From IMG/VR virus record IMGVR_UViG_2595698621_000001, positions 39,258 through 103,257 of that record: a stretch of DNA of 64,000 bases. The stretch is one strand, 5' to 3'. How positions within the stretch are numbered: the first letter of the stretch is position 1; every line of letters begins with the position of its first letter. Made by a program: the position numbers and the translations under genes. Under the pieces are notes generated by a model that searched no databases, was not told where the DNA came from, and saw only the letters and a program-made list of their open reading frames with translations. This document shows positions 17,218 through 28,500 of the stretch, in pieces. The stretch comes from a virus (taxonomy: Duplodnaviria; Caudoviricetes).

Positions 17218-18694
17218 CGTTCGACCACCGTCCAGGACTCCCATCGACGACTCGCACGTCCCAGTCGAGGTCAGCGAGCATCGGGTCCTCGCCGTTCTCC
17301 TCGAGTTCCCGCATACGCTGGCACAGCGCCTTGTGCTTCGGGAAGGTCGGGTACGTGAGACCCGTGTAGGAGAACTTCGTGATTGAACCCGACTTCTGGA
17401 GTTGCCCCTGCGGTCGACCGTCAGAGCCTTCGGTGAATCGGAGAATCTGGTCGACCTTGTACGGGTTGTCTCGCTCCCCGACAGGTTTCTTCGGATTCCC
17501 TTCGTCACCCTCCATAATCGCCTCGTAGTCGTCCGTCTGCATAGCCGTCCAATACAGGTGGTACGGCGTGTCGACCATCACTTCGCGGAACCGCTTGTTG
17601 TGGTACCGCTTGATGACTTTCCAGTCGCTCTCGCCCGACCGTCCCATATTCGAGGACAGGTTGACTTCTTCGAGCGACTTCCCGTCGTACACCTTCGAGA
17701 CGTACTTCTGCTTCGACCACTCCCACATCTCGCTCATCGAGTCGACTACGATAGTCCCGCGGTGACCCTTCTCGAGATATCGGTCGAGAACGTCGATGGC
17801 CTCGAACATAGCGTCTCGAGCCTCGTCGTAGTTGTCAGGTTGCCAGATGTAGGTCACCTTATCCTCGAACTTCGACGCCAGTTGGTGTGCTTTACCTTCC
17901 GTGTCGATAATGCACACCGGCTGCGGCATCGTAAACCCGAAGTGCGTCTTGCCCGACCCAGGCAGCGCCCATCCGAGGATACGCCACAGGTACGGTTGGT
18001 CAGACGCTTCTTTCGTCGTCATAGCACCGGGAGCGACAGTCCCGAGGTCGAGTTCCTCGATACCATCGTCACCGTCGTCAGACGAAAGAGACGCGGTCGT
18101 GTCCGGTTCCTCGGTGACCTCCGATGTATCACCCTCGTCGTTGTCAGCGAGGTTGTCTACGCCCACGTCGTCGAGCTCTTCGACTTCGTCCGCCTCGTCA
18201 GGGTTGTCGTCTTCATCGGTGTCGTCGTCAACACCCCAACTGCTCCCGTCGGACGTTTCGTCAGTCGATGTCTCGGTATCGCCGGTTGGCTCAGAGTCAT
18301 CTTCGTCAGGTCGAACCTGCCGGAGGCGGCGTTCGTACACCTCATCCGCGGACGAGCGCGTGTCCTGCTCGCGTGCGAGTTCGAGAACTTCAGCGTCGTC
18401 GAGATTCTTGTACTCGTCCTCGAGCGTCGAGACAGTGACCTCACTGACGTTACCCTCTTTGACGAGTCGAGCGAACCGTTCGGGGAACGTCTCTTCCTCG
18501 GTTTCGTTCACTTCGGGTTCCTCGTCCTCGTCGTCGCCATCGTCAGGCGCCACGTTGTCTTGGTCATCGACACTCTCCACGTCGGCGCCCCACCCTTCGG
18601 AATCAGAGGATTCCGTCTGCGTAGTGCCGCCGTCGGTGCTGGTGTCGGTCGATTCCTCCTCTACGTCGTCGTCTTCGTCAAGTCCCCAGGACAT
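17210..18694 (-). CDS. AAA/Sak4-like ATPase with a long acidic N-terminus
   Basis: ALPGSGKTHF, IIDTE, IVVDSMS; next to an SSB-like gene. Confidence 0.75.
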   Translation of the reverse strand: MSWGLDEDDDVEEESTDTSTDGGTTQTESSDSEGWGADVESVDDQDNVAPDDGDDEDEEPEVNETEEETFPERFARLVKEGNVSEVTVSTLEDEYKNLDDAEVLELAREQDTRSSADEVYERRLRQVRPDEDDSEPTGDTETSTDETSDGSSWGVDDDTDEDDNPDEADEVEELDDVGVDNLADNDEGDTSEVTEEPDTTASLSSDDGDDGIEELDLGTVAPGAMTTKEASDQPYLWRILGWALPGSGKTHFGFTMPQPVCIIDTEGKAHQLASKFEDKVTYIWQPDNYDEARDAMFEAIDVLDRYLEKGHRGTIVVDSMSEMWEWSKQKYVSKVYDGKSLEEVNLSSNMGRSGESDWKVIKRYHNKRFREVMVDTPYHLYWTAMQTDDYEAIMEGDEGNPKKPVGERDNPYKVDQILRFTEGSDGRPQGQLQKSGSITKFSYTGLTYPTFPKHKALCQRMRELEENGEDPMLADLDWDVRVVDGSPGRWSNDD

Positions 18695-18696
18695 AG

Positions 18697-19740
18697 TTAC
18701 AGGCTTTGGGTCTCCGTCTGGTCGTCGTTCGAGCCGCTACCGCCGCTGTTGCCGTAGTTGTCGTCTATCGGCATCGAGATGTACGGGACGATGCCGACCA
18801 CGTTCATCACTACCTGACCCTTACTGTCTCCGTCCTCCTCGCGGGTCAGTGTCCCGTAGAAGTCACACTGCGAGTCGTTCCCGTACTCCATCAGGTCTGG
18901 GTTCGTCCACGCGGTGAGACCTGCGTTACGGTCGTCTCCTCCTGTAATCTCCTCGCGCAGGTCGTTGGGGTCGACTACAGTATCGTCGAGAATATTGTAG
19001 ATGCCGAAGGGGTTGTCGTTCTTGGACATCCCCTGATAGTGGTCGACCACGTACCCGCTGATACGTTTGAGGTCGCCTTCGTGCGAGAAGTCGTCAGAAT
19101 CAGACACACTCAGGTGCTGACCGAGGTCCTCGAGCGTCGCCTCGTCCTGAATCTGATTGTTGATGACTTTCCGCTTCCCGTCCTTGCTGTCGGGCAGGTC
19201 CTCGAAGTCGCCTTCCTCCGCCTTCGTCTGGTCGTTCGACCAGCAGACGTAGATGGGCGTCGGGTCGGGGTCACCAGTTGCCTTGATGTCTCCTTTCTCG
19301 AGCGAGGACCACACCTTCAGCTCGTTGAGAGGACGGAACTTCGCACGCATATCACCGAGGTCGATGCCGTCTGTCTCCTCGAAGATGAAGACGCCGATAC
19401 CCACGTCCTTGTCGCTCGGATTGACGATTCCGTAAGCGAACAGGACGTCTCGCTCCTCGGTGTTCGGGTTGTTCCGTCCCCATCGACGAACGCCGCCGTG
19501 CCCGAGTGCGAGGGTCGGAATCTCGAACGTCTGACCACCAGACGACTGCGTGCGGTCGGCACGCATAATCGACGACCGAACCATACGCACTGCGAACGAC
19601 TTGACCGCGTCGCCGGACAGGTCGTCCTCGGCGTTCTGCTTCGCCTGTTGCAGTTTCTCCTGATACTTCTGCTTCAGAGTATCGAGGTCTTTGCCCGTCT
19701 CGTCGGCGATTTTCTTGAGTTCTTTCTCTACATCCGTCAT
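18697..19740 (-). CDS. Putative ssDNA-binding (RPA/OB-fold) protein
   Basis: Helical N-terminus (ELKKIADETG...YQEKL) followed by beta-rich domains; replication context. Confidence 0.5.
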   Translation of the reverse strand: MTDVEKELKKIADETGKDLDTLKQKYQEKLQQAKQNAEDDLSGDAVKSFAVRMVRSSIMRADRTQSSGGQTFEIPTLALGHGGVRRWGRNNPNTEERDVLFAYGIVNPSDKDVGIGVFIFEETDGIDLGDMRAKFRPLNELKVWSSLEKGDIKATGDPDPTPIYVCWSNDQTKAEEGDFEDLPDSKDGKRKVINNQIQDEATLEDLGQHLSVSDSDDFSHEGDLKRISGYVVDHYQGMSKNDNPFGIYNILDDTVVDPNDLREEITGGDDRNAGLTAWTNPDLMEYGNDSQCDFYGTLTREEDGDSKGQVVMNVVGIVPYISMPIDDNYGNSGGSGSNDDQTETQSL

Positions 19741-19972
19741 ACCGAATCTCCTCCGTTCATCTGCGTCTTTTCGTTGACCACACCTCACCCTATAACCGTC
19801 GTTCTAATTTTGCGGGGTCATCTGGACAACAACTTCTCGAGCTATTCTCAAGGGCAGAATTAGAACTCAATCCTTTTTATCCCGTATCCCCAATAACAGC
19901 ATACAAGGGCTGTAGTAGGGAAGGGTAGCTTAAGGGAGAGCCCTATTCTACATACAGTAGAAGACGATTACT

Positions 19973-20884
19973 ATGGAATTAACAGACCTCAAAGGAGTCG
20001 GCCAAGTAACGTACAACGATAAACTAAAGCCTGCTGGCTTTGAGACAATAGAAGACGTAGCAAGAGCCAGCGTTGATGAATTGATGGACGAAGCCGGTCT
20101 TAGCGAAGGAAAGGCCGATAAGGTATTTACGAGAGCAAACAGGGAAGCAGTAGTTCTACAGTCAGGAGTTGACGTACAGGACGAGTATGACAAGAAGGAG
20201 TACGTCAGTACTGGGATGGACAAGCTTGACGACCTCCTCGGCGGAGGATGGGAGGAAGGGTTCCTCGTGACACTATCTGGTGAGTCGGGCTCGGGTAAGA
20301 CGCAGGTCGCGTTCCACTCGATGGTTCGCGCAGTCGAGCAGGTTGACGCTCCTGCTGTGTATATCGAGACAGAACCTAACCGTTATCGCCCAGACCGCCT
20401 CCGTTCGCTCGCGGAGACAGACGATACACAGCAAGACATTTATCGTATAAAGGCATACGACCTCGACAAGCAGAAACTCGCCTACGATAAGGTGCGCGAG
20501 CACTTTGACGAGGTGTCTCTTGTCGTGGTCGACTCGTTCACCGCTCGATTCCGCCTCTCCGAGCAATTCGAGGGTCGTGGCTCGCTGTCTCAGCGGTCCA
20601 CGGAGATGTCCGACCACCTACGTCGTCTCGAACGTCTCAGCGAGGACCTCGGAGCGCCAATTCTCCTCACTGCTCAGGTGTACGGTAATCCGAGTGGGTT
20701 CGGTGCAGGAGACGCCGTCTACGGGGGCTCGCTTATGCAGCACACCGTGTCGTGTTTCGTCAATATGAAGTCGTCGTCCGGGAATCTGAAGGAGGCGCAA
20801 CTACGTGGTCATCCTGGTCAGGCAGACGAGGAGGTCTACATCAATATCGGGCAGAATCAGCTCGAAGCGATGGATAACGTCTGA
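19973..20884 (+). CDS. radA: RadA recombinase
   Basis: N-terminal HhH, STG...LDDLLGGG, GESGSGKTQ, VVVDS, FEGRGSLSQR, YGG. Confidence 0.92.
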   Translation: MELTDLKGVGQVTYNDKLKPAGFETIEDVARASVDELMDEAGLSEGKADKVFTRANREAVVLQSGVDVQDEYDKKEYVSTGMDKLDDLLGGGWEEGFLVTLSGESGSGKTQVAFHSMVRAVEQVDAPAVYIETEPNRYRPDRLRSLAETDDTQQDIYRIKAYDLDKQKLAYDKVREHFDEVSLVVVDSFTARFRLSEQFEGRGSLSQRSTEMSDHLRRLERLSEDLGAPILLTAQVYGNPSGFGAGDAVYGGSLMQHTVSCFVNMKSSSGNLKEAQLRGHPGQADEEVYINIGQNQLEAMDNV

Positions 20885-20887
20885 CGG

Positions 20888-21040
20888 TCAGCGAACGTTT
20901 TCCGTCGGGTTCTCGCACGTCATCCACGCCTCTGGGTTCGACAACGAGGCGAAAGTGATGGTGTCGTTCGCGTGAATCGTCATCTCTCCGCGTTCGTGCT
21001 CTCCCGCTGGCGCACGAGAAACGCGACGAACGGTGACCAT
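20888..21040 (-). CDS. Small hypothetical protein (50 aa)
   Basis: ATG overlaps the upstream TAA. Confidence 0.45.
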   Translation of the reverse strand: MVTVRRVSRAPAGEHERGEMTIHANDTITFASLSNPEAWMTCENPTENVR

Positions 21041-21273
21041 TATTCTAACACCTCAACGGTCGCGTCTCCGTAGGCGGTCGAGGTCAGGTCGTTGATACAG
21101 ACGTGGTGTCGCGTTCCGTTCGTAATGACGAGAGCGCTCGTCGAGATTCCTTCCCCGTTGACCTCCTGAACCTCGCAAATCTCGCCGTCTGACAGGTAGC
21201 GAACCTCGTCACCGACCTCGATTCCTGCTATGATGCTCTCCGCTTCTTCTCGGCTGGGTGCTTCGTAGGACAT
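21040..21273 (-). CDS. Small SH3/KOW-like protein
   Basis: IEVGDEVRY...EVQEV; GAGGAG SD and conserved promoter upstream. Confidence 0.65.
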   Translation of the reverse strand: MSYEAPSREEAESIIAGIEVGDEVRYLSDGEICEVQEVNGEGISTSALVITNGTRHHVCINDLTSTAYGDATVEVLE

Positions 21274-21294
21274 TTCTTTTCTCCTCACTTCGAC

Positions 21295-21330
21295 GTACAC
21301 GAGGTGGCGTAATAAAGGTATGGGATATTA
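21295..21330 (-). promoter_or_regulatory. Conserved viral promoter
   Basis: Minus strand reads TATCCCATACCTTTATTACGCCACCTCGTGTACG; leader GAAGTGAGGAGAA shared with the gene starting at 4575. Confidence 0.6.
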
Positions 21331-21597
21331 CCTTACCAATACGTTAGTGGTAAATTGAAAACCGTCTTTCTAAGCGGGCTGAGTCCGAAGATTGGGGAGT
21401 ACGGGTGTGTCAGGTCATACGAGTGTCGTAGAGTTACTGCGACGTACTACTGAAACCACCCAGAAGTGGTCTACCGACAGTCTAAGGCCTTTAGAAGGGG
21501 CTTAACTGAGTGCTAATATTCGTAAATCGCTCGGTGCGTGAAAGTAGCGGGCGAGATGTTGAAGGCGAGACACGGTGAAAGTTGTAGTGAGAGCGTT

Positions 21598-22260
21598 ATG
21601 CCAGGTGGAAAACCTAAGTTCAGGAAAAAGGATACTCGTGTCGAGGTTGCTCTCGCCAAGTACTACGGGCTCGGTGAAGACGAACCGTGGGACCTCGACC
21701 GTATCGCTGACTACCTGAACGTATCTCGGTCGACTGTCGAGGACTACGTGTATAATACTGAGATGGCGGAGGAGGTCGAACGCGCCGCCGCCGAAGCTCA
21801 GGCACGCACGCGGATGGAAATCGTAATGAAGCTCAAGAGCGAGCTTCAGAAACTCGAAGATATCGAGGAGGACCTCCTGCAAGCAAAGGAGACCGTCATC
21901 TCGTCGTACACGCCGAAGCGTGTCGAGGCGAAAGTCAACTCCCCCGATGGGGTTCACTTCGACGACGACGCGGGCAGTCCGACTGTCTCGACCCAGATAC
22001 CGGTCCCACAGGACTACAAGGAGGTCGCCGACACGTCGAAACTCAAGAACGTCTGGATTCAGAAGCGCAAAATCATCCAAGACATCGAGGACCTGATGGG
22101 TCTCGAAGCGCCAGACAAGGTCGAGCAAGAGAGCAAATCCGTCCACCTCGAGCGCAAGGTGTACGAGGTCAAATCGGACGGTGACTTCCCAGAGCCGGAT
22201 GTTGCTCACGTCAACGAGGACCCGGCTGAGATAGAAGTCGAACCTAGTGACGACGTATGA
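21598..22260 (+). CDS. terS: Terminase small subunit (HTH)
   Basis: IADYLNVSRSTV HTH plus coiled coil; overlaps terL. Confidence 0.7.
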   Translation: MPGGKPKFRKKDTRVEVALAKYYGLGEDEPWDLDRIADYLNVSRSTVEDYVYNTEMAEEVERAAAEAQARTRMEIVMKLKSELQKLEDIEEDLLQAKETVISSYTPKRVEAKVNSPDGVHFDDDAGSPTVSTQIPVPQDYKEVADTSKLKNVWIQKRKIIQDIEDLMGLEAPDKVEQESKSVHLERKVYEVKSDGDFPEPDVAHVNEDPAEIEVEPSDDV

Positions 22261-23705
22261 GCGCGCAGGACAGGGACGCGGCCTGGACGTTCACTCCCTT
22301 CGACAAGCAGGAGGACTTCCTCAACTGCACGGACCGACAGGTCCTCCTGTCCGGCGCCTTCGGGACTGGCAAAACGCTCGTCGGGTGTGAGAAGGGGTAC
22401 AGGTTCAATCAGATGTATCCCGGTAACCGCGGGCTCATCGTTCGTAAGACGTTCACTGACGTGAAGTCGACCACGGTCAATCAGACGCTCCTCGAGGACG
22501 TGATTCCTCCGTCTCATATCGTTGACCACAACAGGTCAGAACACGTCATAGAACACTACACAGGTGAAAAGACGCCCGAAGGTGAACCCGTCACTTCCGA
22601 GATATACTACCACGGCCTCGACTCGGGTCGTAAGACAGGCGACGACGACCTCCCGCGCAAAATTGGTGGGATGGAGTTCGGGTGGATTTTCGTCGATGAG
22701 GCTTCAGAACTGTCGAAAGGTGAGTGGACCCAGCTTATGGGTCGTCTCCGCTACGACGGCCGCCGGGTAGGAAACTACAACTACGAGATTCCTTTCCGGC
22801 AAATGTTCGCTGCGACGAACCCCGAACACCCGGGACACTGGATGTACCGTTGGTTCTTCGAGGATAACCGAGGAACGCACTTCACGCTCCGTATGGACGA
22901 CAACCCCCACCTCGCGGAGGACTACGTGAAGGACAACAAGCAGAACTACTCGGGTGTATACTTCGACCGGTACATCCTCGGAAAGTGGGTTGGCGCTGAA
23001 GGGCTCATCTACGACAACTGGGATAGTGACGCGCACCACGTCGAACCCGTTGACCTCCCTGGAGGTTGGGAGGTTCATCGGGAGGAGGAGTTCGACGACC
23101 ACACTGCGTACTTCGCCTCGCCGCCGCAGGATTGGCGCGTGTATCGGAGTATCGACTTCGGGTTCCGAAACCCGTTCGTTTGTCAGTGGTGGGCGCGGGG
23201 GCCGGACGACCAACACGTCCTGTTCCGCGAGCTCTACAAAACCGAGCAACTCGTCGAAGACGTCGCTCGAGAAATCAAAAATCTCGACCCACAGGACCAC
23301 GTTATCGACCAGACCTTCACTGACTGGGACGCGGAAGACAGAGCGACGCTACAGCGTCACGGAATCGACGTGGCTCGGGCGAATAAGCACGTTTCGCCTG
23401 GTATTCAATCTGTGAAATCTCGCCTGCAAAAGGACGAGCGAGGACGCCCTTCGCTCTATATTATGCAAGGCGCACGAGTTCACGAGCAGGACCAGGCTCT
23501 CGATGAAGACAACGACCCGGTTAAGACGGTGGGGGAAATAACTGGGTACAAGTGGAAGGACGATGAGCAGGAGGACCGCCCCGTGAAGGAAAACGACCAC
23601 GGAATGGACGCTATGCGGTACTTCGTCCACACACTCGACGCTCGAGGTACGATGTCTCGAGACGAGATGGAAGATTGGGCGGAGACCGTCAACACAGCGT
23701 GGTGA
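22257..23705 (+). CDS. terL: Terminase large subunit
   Basis: GAFGTGKT, FVDEA, ATNP, IDFGF, DHGMDAMRY. Confidence 0.95.
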   Translation: MSAQDRDAAWTFTPFDKQEDFLNCTDRQVLLSGAFGTGKTLVGCEKGYRFNQMYPGNRGLIVRKTFTDVKSTTVNQTLLEDVIPPSHIVDHNRSEHVIEHYTGEKTPEGEPVTSEIYYHGLDSGRKTGDDDLPRKIGGMEFGWIFVDEASELSKGEWTQLMGRLRYDGRRVGNYNYEIPFRQMFAATNPEHPGHWMYRWFFEDNRGTHFTLRMDDNPHLAEDYVKDNKQNYSGVYFDRYILGKWVGAEGLIYDNWDSDAHHVEPVDLPGGWEVHREEEFDDHTAYFASPPQDWRVYRSIDFGFRNPFVCQWWARGPDDQHVLFRELYKTEQLVEDVAREIKNLDPQDHVIDQTFTDWDAEDRATLQRHGIDVARANKHVSPGIQSVKSRLQKDERGRPSLYIMQGARVHEQDQALDEDNDPVKTVGEITGYKWKDDEQEDRPVKENDHGMDAMRYFVHTLDARGTMSRDEMEDWAETVNTAW

Positions 23706-23711
23706 TAACAA

Positions 23712-25580
23712 ATGGGAATCACTGACCGACTACGTAAAGGCGTGAGAAATCGCCTCGACCGTCGTATCGCTCGCCAACTGTCGAAGTACGGGGCTGGTTA
23801 TCCGTCGTTCTCTCGCGGCGAACAGCCTCGTGCCCGCGAACCTGAACCGCCTTACCAGCGCCGTGTCAGCCCGCGGTTCATCTATCGCCTACGTCAGAAC
23901 TCGACTTTGGTCAACAACGCCATCGAGGAGAAGGTATCACAGACATTCCGCCGAGGACTGACGGATATCGAGAAGGCGTGGGAGGCAAAGTGTCCTAACT
24001 GCAAGGAGGAGTACGACACTCTCCAGCCGTTCTACAACGAATTCTCGTGGCTCGATGAAGGCGACGAGGTTGACTTCAGTAAGGGCCGGCGGTGTCCTGA
24101 CTGCGACTCGATGGTCAAGTTCAAAACGCCGTCGAAGGAGGACAAAGAAAAACTCCGCTCGTTCCTCGGGCAGTGTAATGAGCGCGGACGTGAGAATCGA
24201 GCCCTCGAGCCTTCCGAGCAGAACTCGGTCGGTCAGACGATGGTCGAAGTGTTCAAGGAGGTCGGTTGGGACATCCAATCCTTCGACGACGGGTGGCTCA
24301 TCTTCGAGCGTGCTTACAAAACGGACGGTGATGGGAAGGTGGTCGACTACGACCTGAAAGGTGTTCACCGAGCGCCTCCTGACCGTATGCGTTACTCTAT
24401 CGACGAGAACGGAGCGTTCGGTCGTGAATACTACGTCTGTGTCGAGTGTCGGGCGAAGAATCCCGAGACGTATCAGGCGCAGTCAGACGGTAGTCAGTGT
24501 TCCTGTGGCAACTACACGTATCCTGCTTACGCGGTTAGCACCGACAAGAGCGGGCGTTCCGGTAACAACGACCCAGAGAACTTCTTCATCCGCGGAGAGT
24601 TCGTACACGCGAGTGAGTACGAACCGTCGAAGTACTACGGATACTCTCCTATCCTCACGTTGTGGGATGAGGCGTCTACTCTCGAGAAGATGGACAACTG
24701 GTACAGGGAGGCGTACAAGGAGCGGCGTGCGCCTCGCGGTGCTATGATTATCTCGTCCTCGAACAGCGAGAGTACTCGTGCGTTCAACAAAGGCGAGATG
24801 GAGAAACTGCGGAACGACCCCAACTACATCCCCACGTTCATCGACGACTCGCAGAACGGTGAGGGTGGCGGGAAACCCATCGACTTCATCAACCTCCTCG
24901 AGACGCCCGCTGCTATGCAACATATGGAGATGAGGGAGTGGTTCCTCGACCGTATCTCTGCGAAGTACGGCGTCACCGCTGTGTTCCAAAAAGGTTCTCC
25001 TGAGAACGCTGGGCTATCGCAGTCGATGGAGATTCAGGTGTCCAATCGTAGCGCCGACCGTCTGCGCAAAATCTTCAACACGACGTTCTTCCCAGCTATC
25101 GTCGGACAACTCGGTGTTGAGGGATGGGAAGTCGAGGTCGATACCGTTGAGGAAGAGGACGAGCAAGAGGAAGCGCAGCTCACGCAGACGCACCTGAAAA
25201 TGGCGAAGCTCGCTCTCGAGATTGGTGCGAAGGTCGAGTGGACGGCTAACGACCGTGCAGATATCAAAGCGGGAGACCTCGAGGCACCCGGTGAGGGCGA
25301 AGAACAAGGCGGTATGGGGCTCGGTGAGATGATGGGTGAAGCGGGCGACGAAGAAGCAGGAGCAATTCCTGCGCAAGATGAAGAACAAGACCCAGGCCCG
25401 CAAGGAGGAGTCGATGGCGGTATGGCGCCGAAACCTGAGGAGGGTGAGGGAGACCCTCGATTCCAGTCACCGGGTAAGATGGACAAGAGCGACGGAGAGC
25501 TGGCTCCCGAGCAGGAGCTCAAGATGACACGGGACGGCGATACGTTCAGCCTCGTTCCTGTGGAGGAAGACGATGACTGA
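23712..25580 (+). CDS. Portal protein with zinc-ribbon insertions
   Basis: Follows terL; YYGYSP, APRG, ISAKYGV; CPNC/CPDC and CVEC/CSCG inserts. Confidence 0.85.
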   Translation: MGITDRLRKGVRNRLDRRIARQLSKYGAGYPSFSRGEQPRAREPEPPYQRRVSPRFIYRLRQNSTLVNNAIEEKVSQTFRRGLTDIEKAWEAKCPNCKEEYDTLQPFYNEFSWLDEGDEVDFSKGRRCPDCDSMVKFKTPSKEDKEKLRSFLGQCNERGRENRALEPSEQNSVGQTMVEVFKEVGWDIQSFDDGWLIFERAYKTDGDGKVVDYDLKGVHRAPPDRMRYSIDENGAFGREYYVCVECRAKNPETYQAQSDGSQCSCGNYTYPAYAVSTDKSGRSGNNDPENFFIRGEFVHASEYEPSKYYGYSPILTLWDEASTLEKMDNWYREAYKERRAPRGAMIISSSNSESTRAFNKGEMEKLRNDPNYIPTFIDDSQNGEGGGKPIDFINLLETPAAMQHMEMREWFLDRISAKYGVTAVFQKGSPENAGLSQSMEIQVSNRSADRLRKIFNTTFFPAIVGQLGVEGWEVEVDTVEEEDEQEEAQLTQTHLKMAKLALEIGAKVEWTANDRADIKAGDLEAPGEGEEQGGMGLGEMMGEAGDEEAGAIPAQDEEQDPGPQGGVDGGMAPKPEEGEGDPRFQSPGKMDKSDGELAPEQELKMTRDGDTFSLVPVEEDDD

Positions 25581-28500
25581 AGAACTCGATATCCGAGAGC
25601 AGGTTCGCGTGTATGTGAGTGACCTCGTTGACGCTCCGGCGTCGGCGGACCTCGAAGTCGCTGACGAGGACGACCCTGGTGAATACTACTACGAAGTGCC
25701 GTTGAGTGAGCTCGGTAAGAAGGTCGGAAAGCGATACGTTCGCTACGAAGGTCCCGAAGGACGTGGCTTCTTCGACACCGCACGAGGAGTTCTGAAGGTG
25801 CGCCCTGCGCGTGAGGACGAAGAGACGAACGCAGACGCGGTCAAGAACGAGGTTGTGTCGAAGGCTGACCAAATCCTCGAGAAGTACAAAATCTACGTCA
25901 GCGACGCGGACACTCTTTCTGAGGCGAGGCAGATGGCGCCCGAGTGGGCTGACGTGCAGGAGACGGAGCAAGGCGCGTTCTACTACGAAAAGCTGCCTGG
26001 TCAAGGCGACGGCGACGAGGAGCAAGAGTACGAAACAGGTCAATACGACGTGGACACTACGTTCGGGTCGATAGTCGCTGACCGCGTTCTCAACGACGAC
26101 GTAGGAGACATCCCCGTGGACGACTTCTACGAACATATGTCAGAGGTCGAAGACCCGGACCTCGTGAAAGACGCGCTACAGGCAGAGATGGAAGGTCCCA
26201 ATCGTAAAACGGGGAAGCAGTTTATCGAGAGTCGCGCTCGTGACCTCGGCATCGACCTCGACCTGTTCTACAAAGAGCGAGGACCTGATGAGACGACAGA
26301 CGGGACGCTCACTTCGTTGACTGACCTCGATGTTACAGTCGAGGACCTTCCCGACGAGCCTGTAATCCTCGCTGATGAAAGCGACCACTGTAACCGCGAC
26401 TGGACATACCGCGAGGTTTGGAACGAGTACGTCGAAGGCGATAGGCAAATGCCACGGGGAATCGGCAATCCCGACGACGTGCCCGCGGGTGTCCTCAAAC
26501 GTTCACTGGAGGACCTCGATAATCCCGGTGTGCTGATGGCCTTCTACGAAAAGGGCAATTATCAAATCCGTCGAGACGTCAGTGAGATTCTCGAGGAAGA
26601 GCACGGGGTGATTCCGAAGGTCGAAACCGTCCCGGGCAAATATCGCTTCGACCTCGACGGTATGCAGGAGTTTATGACCGACGAGGAAGCGCAAAATCTG
26701 GAACCTGGAGACGTTGTCGCTATCGACGACTTCGCAGGTGGTTTCCAGGAAGCTGAAGTCGTCGAGGTGAGAAACGCTGGAATCGAGGTTATCTCGCCTG
26801 ACGGACGTGGAGCTTCGCAGGAGATTCCTCTCACGAACATCTACACGCCCGAGTACTATCTCGCCTCAGCGCTCGAGAAGGACGGACTTCACCAATCGTC
26901 GATGCTTGACTGGACAGCTCCAGACGGTCTCATCGACAAAATTGAAGACAGTTCTGTTCTCTCTCGCGCCTTAGAATGGGATACTGACGAGACGGCTATG
27001 GCGCTTCGTCCTGAAACGAAGGAAGCAATCAACAGCCGTCTGTTCGACCTCGAACCTCCCGACCCGAGTGAGTACGGGATGTCCGAGGAAGCGATGAATC
27101 TTCTCCACGGTGCGACGTGGCCTGAGTGGGACAGCAGAGGCGCTCGAAAGCAAGGGACTGGTCTGTCTGACGACCTCAAAAGCGTTTACGAAGGTGCGAC
27201 GACAGAGGACCTCGAGAAGTATCGGACTGTGTGCCAGGACAACGACCTCGACGACAGGGCTAACGTTGTCACAGGGATGCTATTCTACCGAGACGATAGT
27301 GACGTAGACATCCAAGACGTCTTCGAGTACGAGCGGACTGCTCACGGTAACTACTCGGGCGTCACCGACAACGCAAAAGACCGGATTATGGGTGCCGCCG
27401 AGGACACTATGCACAATATGGAGCCTCATATTGGTGGGCAGCTAGGTGGTCATATCGAGAAATTCGAGCTTCAGATGCCGCCTGACGGGTCGAATTGGGT
27501 CGGTCAATCTCAAGGCGGAGGTCGTGTTATGGCGATAGACGACCCGTACAACGTTGAGAAGACGACATCTCACGAGATGGGTCACGCTTTCCATAACTTC
27601 CTCGGTGTCGAGAACGACGGGTACGGGACTATCGACAACCGCGACCACTCGAACGACCCGTCTCGTTGGAAGTTCGGCGCGAAAGCCCCCGGCAACGACA
27701 ACCGGGCAGCGAACGAATTCTACGACGATATGAAGGGTGAGTGGGAGAAGTACAAAGATACGATGGCGGGGAAACGCTCCGACGCGAACGAGATTCGCTC
27801 GTATCAGAAACGGCACGGCGTCGAGCTGATGGCCGTCGGGTTCGCGCACTGGAATATGGACCCGTTCAAACTCAGGAATCGTCACCCTGGCCTCGCTAAG
27901 GCCTTCGACAAGCATCTCGGTGATGGAATCGTTGACCCGCTCGACCCTGAGGAGGTCGAGACAGGGGAGTACTACGAGGTAGCGAAAGAAGGGATGTCTC
28001 GTATGACTGTCGAAGTCACTGACGTGGTGCAGAACAGCAGAGGCGGGTACTCGTATGACGTGCAAGTCGTCGAAGGAGACCTGAGCGGCACTCGCACAAC
28101 GCTCAACTCAGATAATACCTTCTTCGAGGGGAAGGCAGAGGATTACCAACCTCTCGAGTACGGTCACGGGACGAAGTACACCGTCGAAACGCAAAGCGGC
28201 GAGAAGACAGCGTACATCGACCGCGAGACGAGAGCGCTTGGTGGTGACTTCTTCGTGCGCGACGAGATGGGGCGTCCGATTGGTCAGTGGACGAAGGACC
28301 AACTCGAACGGAATCTCGTCAGTCGGGACTTCGAGGAAGGCGAAGTCCCCTGGTCGCCTGACCGTGCAGAGAAAGGAGACCTCGTAGAAATGTACGGCGT
28401 AGAGGTTAATGTTCGAGACGCTGATGACTTCAACAACGAGCTCGTGCTTGAGGACTCGAACGGAGAAACTCAGACGCTCTCGTTCGACGAGGTAAACGAG

